This document shows, piece after piece, positions 52,062 to 59,322 of a stretch of 59,322 bases of DNA. Each line of letters opens with the position of its first letter. The stretch's first letter is position 1. This DNA is from an uncultured delta proteobacterium (GTDB lineage Bacteria; Desulfobacterota; Binatia; UBA9968). The stretch spans positions 1 through 59,322 of the forward strand of contig CAVSLC010000007.1 of the NCBI GenBank assembly GCA_963728565.1. Reading direction: 5' to 3'. The notes beneath the pieces are model-generated. The model saw only the letters and a program-made list of their open reading frames with translations, ran no database searches and was not told the DNA's origin. Both the position numbers and the translations under genes were made by a program.

Positions 52062-53144
52062 ATGAGAGCGATTGTCCGATCCAGTGTAGTGTTACTGCTT
52101 TTCACGCTGCTGTTTGGAGCTACGACGGTCCAAAGCTGGGCTGCCGCGGCCAAAGTCAGCTTTGACGAGAAAGCAGTTGCGGAGTTTTACAAGGGTAAGA
52201 CGGTGCGCATCATTGTCGGCTTTTCGGCCGGGGGCGGTTACGATGCCTATTCGCGCGTGATCGGCCGCCACCTTCACAAGCATATTCCTGGAACCCCGAC
52301 CGTTGTCGTCGACAATATGGCAGGAGCGGGAAGCATTCTGGCGGCAAACCACATCAACAACGTTGCTCCCAAAGACGGCACGATCATCGGCAATTTCAGC
52401 GGGCAGATTATTCTGGAACAGCTTTTTGCCAACCCGGCGGTTCAGTACGACATGGCGAAGTTTCGGATTCTCGGAGTGCCGATCGGCGAAACTTATTTGC
52501 TCGTGGTTACGCAGAAACCGGGAGTTACGAAGTACGAAGAGGTGCTCGGTCCTAACAGCAAACAAATCGTCATGGGAGGAATTCCCGGATCTACCGTGGA
52601 GCAAGCGCCAATCATCATGCGCGACGCGTTGGGCGCCAACATCAAAGTGGTGAGCGGCTATAAGGGCACTTCCGACATCCGGCTGGCAATCGATAGCGGG
52701 GAAGTGGATGGTCTCTTTAACAGCTGGACGTCGCTCAAGATTACCTCTCTGGACAAGATAAAAAGCGGCGAATGGCTCGTGCTTGCGCAGATCGGTGAAG
52801 AGCCGATCCGCGATCTCCCTAACAGCATCAATATTCCGACAATACCGTTGCTAGCCAAGACATCGGAGCAACGGGAACTGTTACGGTTCGGCATCGCGGC
52901 GCCCAATCAGTTTGGAAAGATCTATGTGCTCCCTCCCGGCGCGCCGCAAGATCGTACGTCGGCGCTGCAGGCGGCGTTCACGAAAACTTTCGAAGACAAA
53001 GAGTTTCTCGCCGAAGCCGCCAAAGGCCGACTTGAGATCGATCCGGTCGGCGCGCAGCAGGCACACGGACTGATCACTGATTTGATGGGAATGTCGCCGG
53101 CCGTGAAAGCGCAGCTGCAGAAGATGCTCAGGACGCCTAAATGA
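52062..53144 (+). CDS. Bug/TctC family substrate-binding protein
   Basis: FYKGKTVRIIVGFSAGGGYDAYSR, DNMAGAGS, PKDGT and GYKGT motifs. Confidence 0.92.
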   Translation: MRAIVRSSVVLLLFTLLFGATTVQSWAAAAKVSFDEKAVAEFYKGKTVRIIVGFSAGGGYDAYSRVIGRHLHKHIPGTPTVVVDNMAGAGSILAANHINNVAPKDGTIIGNFSGQIILEQLFANPAVQYDMAKFRILGVPIGETYLLVVTQKPGVTKYEEVLGPNSKQIVMGGIPGSTVEQAPIIMRDALGANIKVVSGYKGTSDIRLAIDSGEVDGLFNSWTSLKITSLDKIKSGEWLVLAQIGEEPIRDLPNSINIPTIPLLAKTSEQRELLRFGIAAPNQFGKIYVLPPGAPQDRTSALQAAFTKTFEDKEFLAEAAKGRLEIDPVGAQQAHGLITDLMGMSPAVKAQLQKMLRTPK

Positions 53145-53484
53145 GTCGTAAGAATACCGATCGTTGGCAGATATCCAATGGGTCGGGCGGTAGCGCAAAG
53201 AGTTGCCGATTGACTTGACCCGACTCTAAAGGGACGGACTCCGGACTGCTCTGTGAGCCGAGAATCGAAATTACGTTGAACACTAGGTCGGGCTATGGGC
53301 GGACGACTGCCTGATGAAATAGAAGCTCGCCTTATTAAGGCGCCGCTGTGGATGGTTATTGGGCCTGAGGCCATAAGGGAAGTGCCAAGGAAGGATAGCA
53401 ACCGTGCCCTAAACCGTAAAGGGATGAAGTATTTCATGGGAGATGTTCGGAAGATAAGAAATCAATTCAACTGAGGAGGAATAG

Positions 53485-53928
53485 ATGGCAACTTCAAACT
53501 TTACGGTAGCCGGCAAGTGTCGCTGTTCTAACGATCCGGTTCATTTTGAATACAGCAAGGAGCCCTACGAAGTTCACTACTGCCTCTGCACCGACTGCAC
53601 TGATACTTGCGGTGGAGCGATGGCTATCATTGCGGTCGTGGAGAAGAATGCATTCAAGATTCTCCAGGGCGATGACAAGATTCAAAACTTCGATACAAAA
53701 CCGACCTGCCATCGTAAATTCTGCAAGGTATGTGGATGTCATATGTTTCTATACGTCGATGGCTTTCCAGACTTCGTACTGATCCATGTCCCGACCCTCG
53801 ATCGTGCGCAGGATATCGGCAAGAGACCCGATCGATGGGTATTTGTAAACTCCAAACATCCGTTGGTTGTTCTTCCTGAGGATGGACTTCCGCGGCATCC
53901 AGGCTGGGCGCCGGCTGCGAGTGCCTAG
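53485..53928 (+). CDS. GFA family zinc protein
   Basis: GKCRC, YCLCTDC and FCKVCGC motifs; GAGGAGG RBS. Confidence 0.88.
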   Translation: MATSNFTVAGKCRCSNDPVHFEYSKEPYEVHYCLCTDCTDTCGGAMAIIAVVEKNAFKILQGDDKIQNFDTKPTCHRKFCKVCGCHMFLYVDGFPDFVLIHVPTLDRAQDIGKRPDRWVFVNSKHPLVVLPEDGLPRHPGWAPAASA

Positions 53929-54058
53929 CAGCCTAGATATTTTCTGATCTCAAGGAATCCTTCGACCGTGATGCACGCGAGCGAGACGGTCCGGAGCATG
54001 GTCCTCCATTGATCAGGTGATCAGATCCAGAAAACCTTTGCTGCGGAAAGGAGCTGTA

Positions 54059-55084
54059 ATGTTGAGGAAGCTGAGTTGGGTATTGGTGCTATTTGTGCTC
54101 GAAGTAGCATCGTCGAACGGAGTCTTCGCGCAAGAACCGTTTTACAAAGGTAAAACTGTGCGCATCATCGTAGGTTTCTCAGCAGGCGGAGGATTCGACA
54201 CGTATGCACGAGTGATAGCGAGGCATATGGGAAAGCATATTCCGGGCGGGCCGGCAATTATAGTTGAGAATATGCCTGGTGCGGGAAGTTTGATTGCGGC
54301 TAATCATGGTTATAACACCGCCAAGCCGGACGGACTGACCATTAACAACTGGATTGGCGGGTTGGTGCTCCAGGCGGTCTTGGGTGGCAAAGGTATCCAA
54401 TTTCACGCGCCGAAATTCGAATGGGTAGGAGCGCTTCAAGATAGTCAGAGCTGCGGGCTCACCAAAGCAAGCGGAGTTTCAAACGTCCAAGAATGGCTCG
54501 CGGCAAAGAATCCGATCAAGCTCGGGGGAACCGCATCCGGAAGCACGGATGTCGACATACCCAAGATCTTAAAAGCTACCGTGGGGCTTCCGATCCAACT
54601 TGTCGAGGGATATAAAGGAACTGCTGACATCCGGATCGCAGCCGATTCCGGAGAAGTTTCCGGTTACTGCGGTACCTGGGCAGGCATGAAATCCACTTGG
54701 AGCCAAGCGTTAGAGGCAGGCAATGCTCACATCGTGCTCCAGATCAATTCAAAGAAACACCCTGACCTCATCCACGTGCCCAACGCTGTGGATTTGGCGA
54801 AGACCGATGAGACACGCGAGCTTATAAAAATGGGAATTCATTACCAAGCCGACATTTCTCGAAACTATTCCCTGCCGCCGGCCACTCCGAAAGCGCGGGT
54901 AGCGATCCTTCAAGGCGCTTTTTTGCAAACCATGAAGGACAAAGAGTTTCTTGCAGATGCACAAAAGGCAAAGCTCACCGTGGAGAGCATATCCGGCGAC
55001 GATGTTTCCAGAATCGTGTCCGATTACTCCACCATGAAGCCGGAACTAATAAATCGATTAAAAGAAATCATGCTGCCAAACTAG
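54059..55084 (+). CDS. Bug/TctC family substrate-binding protein
   Basis: FYKGKTVRIIVGFSAGGGFDTYAR, ENMPGAGS and KPDGLT motifs. Confidence 0.92.
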   Translation: MLRKLSWVLVLFVLEVASSNGVFAQEPFYKGKTVRIIVGFSAGGGFDTYARVIARHMGKHIPGGPAIIVENMPGAGSLIAANHGYNTAKPDGLTINNWIGGLVLQAVLGGKGIQFHAPKFEWVGALQDSQSCGLTKASGVSNVQEWLAAKNPIKLGGTASGSTDVDIPKILKATVGLPIQLVEGYKGTADIRIAADSGEVSGYCGTWAGMKSTWSQALEAGNAHIVLQINSKKHPDLIHVPNAVDLAKTDETRELIKMGIHYQADISRNYSLPPATPKARVAILQGAFLQTMKDKEFLADAQKAKLTVESISGDDVSRIVSDYSTMKPELINRLKEIMLPN

Positions 55085-55132
55085 GTTCATAAAGGTAGGA
55101 GACGGATTGCCCACATAAAAAGGGGGAGCGAA

Positions 55133-55939
55133 ATGGATTTGTCCGATGAAGTGAAAAAAACACTGACCGAAATTCTCGCCAGATATGCCGCCGGCAATGC
55201 TGAAATTGTGCGAGCCTATTTCAGCCGCCCAAGATCTAGAGAGCAAGATATCGCCTGGTTGAAGTGTCAGGCGGCACGGGAGCTCACGACGGCTTGGAAG
55301 TTCCTGGATAATCTGAAAGATCTCCAGCCTAAGTTCGAAAAGGAGCTCAAGCGCAAGGATTATGAGAACCTCGCGCGAGCATTTTCCGAAGAACTGGAAC
55401 ACTATCGTCTGTTTGTGGCGATTCTCGAAGAACAGTTCGGCGAAAAGATCGATGTAGATGAATTGCTCACACTCGGCGTGTGGAGTGATAACGAGCGTTT
55501 CCCTGAAAATACAAAAAAAGCTCGCTATGAGAAGGAACTGCGCGCTTCAGGTGATGAGATGGCTAAGATCGCCCTTGGCATCGGCGAGGGCGGCGGTTCC
55601 GGCTGGCTTATCGGCTTGAGCCGTATTACCGGAGGCGAGCTGGAACAACGGATGGCGCATGCCGCAAGAGAGATCTCCCATGATGAAATGTTTCACGGCC
55701 CGATTCACATCGCCGCTGCCGCCCGACGCATCAAAACACCCGAACAACTCGAAAGAGCGAAAAACGTCTTAGCGCGATACCTACAGCATCACTTGCGGAT
55801 GAAAAACGAACAGTTCGGAAATCCTCTTTCGAAGGAGCGTCTCGAAGAAATCGATCAAGGCAAGGTCCAGCCGTTGGAGGGAGTTGATTTTTCGCCGATT
55901 GGACGAGAGCGCGAAGATCTTGCCGCATACGCATTGTAA
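55133..55939 (+). CDS. Ferritin-like (carboxylate-bridged diiron) protein
   Basis: All-helical; ligand pattern E (ARE), EELEH, E (GEG), DEMFH. Confidence 0.7.
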   Translation: MDLSDEVKKTLTEILARYAAGNAEIVRAYFSRPRSREQDIAWLKCQAARELTTAWKFLDNLKDLQPKFEKELKRKDYENLARAFSEELEHYRLFVAILEEQFGEKIDVDELLTLGVWSDNERFPENTKKARYEKELRASGDEMAKIALGIGEGGGSGWLIGLSRITGGELEQRMAHAAREISHDEMFHGPIHIAAAARRIKTPEQLERAKNVLARYLQHHLRMKNEQFGNPLSKERLEEIDQGKVQPLEGVDFSPIGREREDLAAYAL

Positions 55940-56195
55940 CTTCTCTCTATCGTATTGTAGACCCGAGAGAAAATTATCGGAAGACTCGAGAGGACTTGGT
56001 GCGAAACCTCTCAACGGCGACGATCGCAGTCGGCCTTAAAAAATCCCTCCTCACGTCGGACATTACGATGTTGAACCTGCTCAGCTTGCTGCTGATAGGT
56101 GTTTACGGTCATAATCTTGGCTAGCTCCTTCATGATTGAGTGGCAATCATAAATAGCATCCAAACAATTCAAGGCAAGTTGCGCTAGGAGGGAGT

Positions 56196-57221
56196 ATGGC
56201 TAAACACTTGGCGAGTGTCATAACACTAACTCTTGCTATAACTCTAAACTTTTCGACATCCGCGTTTTCACAAGAATCGTTCTATAAAGACAAGGTCATC
56301 AGGATCGTTGTCGCCACTGCAGCGGGCGGCGGCTATGATCTCTACACCCGGACCATGGCCCGGCACTTGCGCAAGTATATTCCGGGAGAGCCGACGATTG
56401 TTGTTGAGAACATGCCTGGAGCAGGCCACCTGATCGGCGCAAACTATGTATACAAGGTCGCTAAGCCCGACGGTCTGACGATCGGTCATTTTATCGGTTC
56501 ATTGTTTCTGCAGCAGCTTCTCGGTAAGCCAGGCGTCGAATTTGACGCCCTGAAATTCAATTTCATCGGAGTTCCCGCTCAGGACAGCTACATGATCGGT
56601 TTGTCAAAGACGACCGGCATTACCAGTATGGAACAGTGGCTGGCGTCAAAGAGAATCCTTAAAATTGGCGGCATAGGCGCTGGCTCTGCGACGGACGATA
56701 TTCCGAAAGTACTCGCGGCCACTATCGGTCTCCCTCTCCAAGTCGTGGCTGGTTACAAGGGTACGTCGGAAGTTCGACTGGCCTTCAATTCGGGAGAGAT
56801 CGAGGGAATCTGCAACGCATGGGAATCCTTTAAATCGACATGGCGCAAGGAGATGGATGCAAACGAAGTGGCGCTGGTTCTTCAGGCTATTCCAACCCGT
56901 CATCCGGATGTTCCGAACGTGCCTTTGGCTATCGATTATGCCAAGACAGACGAAGCGAAAAGGATGATTCGATCGGTCATCCATACAATCGCCCCGACAG
57001 TACGGCCTTATGTCTTGCCTCCCGGTACACCAAAGGACCGCGTTGAAATGTTGCGTCGGGCTTTTATGAGCACGATGAAGGATCAGGAGTTCCTTGCCGA
57101 GGCGGCTAAAGCGAAGCTCGATATAAATCCACTAGATGGGGCAACACTGGAGACTAATGTTAGAGAGGTCTTCAATCTCGATGCTGCGCTGATACCTCGA
57201 TTGAAGGAAATTCTGAAATAA
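56196..57221 (+). CDS. Bug/TctC family substrate-binding protein
   Basis: IRIVVATAAGGGYDLYTR, ENMPGAG, KPDGLT and GYKGT motifs. Confidence 0.92.
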   Translation: MAKHLASVITLTLAITLNFSTSAFSQESFYKDKVIRIVVATAAGGGYDLYTRTMARHLRKYIPGEPTIVVENMPGAGHLIGANYVYKVAKPDGLTIGHFIGSLFLQQLLGKPGVEFDALKFNFIGVPAQDSYMIGLSKTTGITSMEQWLASKRILKIGGIGAGSATDDIPKVLAATIGLPLQVVAGYKGTSEVRLAFNSGEIEGICNAWESFKSTWRKEMDANEVALVLQAIPTRHPDVPNVPLAIDYAKTDEAKRMIRSVIHTIAPTVRPYVLPPGTPKDRVEMLRRAFMSTMKDQEFLAEAAKAKLDINPLDGATLETNVREVFNLDAALIPRLKEILK

Positions 57222-57299
57222 CAGTCTTTGACCGTTTGGTGAATGAACGAGGATCCAGCATGAGGGAATCTACAAGGGGTTCCCGCGCGCCTAAGGTCG

Positions 57300-58280
57300 G
57301 TGAGTGAATTGATACTGCAGCAGCTATTGGCATCCGGTGGCGACGAGCAGTGAACTTCGCAATGCTCCGCTTGCCGCTTCTTTACTTGATGAGCAAATCG
57401 TCGTTTGGCGGACGAAAGAAAAGGTAGCGGCGTTCCGGGACTTATGCATTCACCGAGGAACTGCTCTGTCGCTGGGCTGGATTCAAGACGATAATTTAGT
57501 CTGTCCTTATCATGGCTGGACCTATGCCCCCGATGGCAATTGCGTGCGGATTCCTTCGTTACCCGCGGGACACACAATTCCTGCCAAGGCTCGCGCAACC
57601 GCGTATTTCAACGTACGTGAACGTTACGGCTTAGTCTGGGTGTGTCTAGCAGAACCGAAAGCACCTATTCCCGAGATTCCAGAACTCAAAGATCCGAATT
57701 ATCACACGTTTTTTCATTCGACTGAAATGTGGGAAACCGGCGCAGCGCGAATGATCGAAAACTCTATTGACACTTCCCACTTTCCTTATGTTCATCCCGG
57801 TATCAATGCTACTCCCGATGATCCGGTGATTCCTGAGTTCGAGGTGAAGCAGAACGGTTTCGAGCTAAGTTTTGAGACCAAGTTTACTGCTCCCCCAAGC
57901 GGGGCATTTCGAGGGCCTTCCGCGTTAGCGTCTTACAGTGCATTTACCGAGGGAAGGCGTCAGTACAGGGTCGTCCTACCATTCACGGCCCAGGCTATTC
58001 GTCCAATGGAGGGAGGCCAGCGTCAGCTGGTATCGATCATCGCCTCGCCTATTTCGGCAAAGCGCATGCGTTACTACACCTTCTCTTCCCGCAACTTTGC
58101 ATTGGACCAACCGGATGATGCGTTTCGAGAACTCATACAAGTTATTTTTGCGCAGGATCGAAAAATCGTCGAGAGCCAGCGCCCTGAAGAGTTGCCTTTG
58201 GACTTAACCGAGGAACTACATCTCAAGGACCGGATGCTGGAACTCTTAAGTACCGACGAATGCTAAGGGATTTGCTGTAG
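57300..58280 (+). CDS. Rieske non-heme iron oxygenase alpha subunit (VanA/Ndm-like demethylase type); indels near 57320 and 58228
   Basis: Rieske motif CIH...CPYHGW; mononuclear Fe site ENSIDTSHFPYVH and QD; YWHPVA N-terminus and PDAGTLKYRRML C-terminus recovered by 1-nt shifts. Confidence 0.88.
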
Positions 58281-59256
58281 AGAAGCGTTTTTACTTAGCG
58301 CTTTTTCGACAGACCTTCAAGGTGTGGAGGATGATGTCATACCGTCGATCTCGACATGATGGTTTTATCAACATACACGGTGGTCCGAGGCTGTGAGTGG
58401 TGGGATGTTCTTGGAACGTCGTCAGTTGCGTGGGATAGCAGCAGGTAGACCTCCCATTTCTCTAGTCGACCTTCTGACGGAAAATAAATTGGCTCGCGAT
58501 ACAGCTTCTCGAGGCGGTCTTCGGGACTTGCAGCGTTCGATATATGTCGGATTTATTTGCTCCTTCTTCAGATTGTCAAGCTCCTCTCGCGTCACCTACA
58601 ATTGCTGGATTGAACCATTAACGTTAGTAGCACCGCGAGGAGCGCAAACAAACTGCTAATTGGATTTGTGAATCCGCCAATGAAGTCTCCAACGGCCCCC
58701 AATCTGCGGCACGCGGCTTATTGCCCCCCAAAATAAATCCAGTAGACAGAAAAGGAACCAAGGAGCACGGCCATTGCTATGGCCAAAATAGCGAGATCCA
58801 CCGCGATACGCTACTGGCTCTCAGATGGTCGAGCTCCTTATCGAGGCTTACACGCATAGTTACCACCCAACTATTAACAATAACCGAGGCTCAAAACGAC
58901 AATTACTGCTCGGCCGATCCCGGCGGTGGGTCGCACACGAAATTTCGAATCGCTGCAATATCCATCGGCTAAACGGAAGTTTGTCAACATCACGTATTCC
59001 GCTAAAAGCCGATCGCACCGCGGCTTTATCTCCCTAACAATCGGCGGCTTATTCCGGCAACTTCTGCTTGACCGGCCATGCGCTCTTCAATTAGCGTCAG
59101 GATAACGGATTCTCTTAAGAGACCTGGGGCAAAGGAGAACGACATTACAATCTTTTGCTGAAAGGCGGCAGAGTTTGATGCATAGATCGTGTGACATTCT
59201 TTGAGGAGCTATTAGTGATCGGTCGTTCTATCAAAGCAAACTGGAGGAAGTACAAT

Positions 59257-59322
59257 ATGCAAAAAATTAAATATCTGGCCGTGGTCGCATTCCTCAGCCT
59301 GTTCATCGGCTCCGCGCACAGG
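59257..59322 (+). CDS. Exported protein, 5' end only
   Basis: GGAGG RBS; MQKIKYLAVVAFLSLFIGSAH signal peptide running off the window. Confidence 0.65.
   Translation, partial: MQKIKYLAVVAFLSLFIGSAHR

Overview
A GC-rich bacterial chromosomal window with about 50 genes. Most encode orphan solute-binding proteins (Bug/TctC, NMT1/SsuA-like, Fe/polyamine-type, TAXI, ModA-like), MFS/DMT transporters, amidohydrolases, GSTs or small-molecule enzymes; this mix resembles Candidatus Binatia-type deltaproteobacteria (inference). The window also has a three-gene PAS kinase/receiver module, uvsE, an ABC-F ATPase and an RCK-domain K+ channel. Highlights not visible in the ORF track: (1) a probable selenoprotein, a glutaredoxin UxxC domain with in-frame TGA and an immediately downstream SECIS-like hairpin, fused to a DinB-like domain (40592-41366); (2) a RAYT-like HUH/Y1 transposase with a DnaA_C-like HTH, bounded by perfect 23-bp inverted repeats and sitting at the break of a decayed Fic-hsdM-hsdS locus; (3) six copies of a MITE-like element (mostly 140-165 bp), three beginning exactly at a stop codon; (4) a 200-bp nested-inverted-repeat element flanked by AATA (10683-10882). 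About a dozen single-base frameshifts are scattered through otherwise intact genes, suggesting long-read indel errors, so pseudogene calls are cautious. No rRNA, complete tRNA or CRISPR array was seen. All family assignments are from motif recognition by eye, not database searches.
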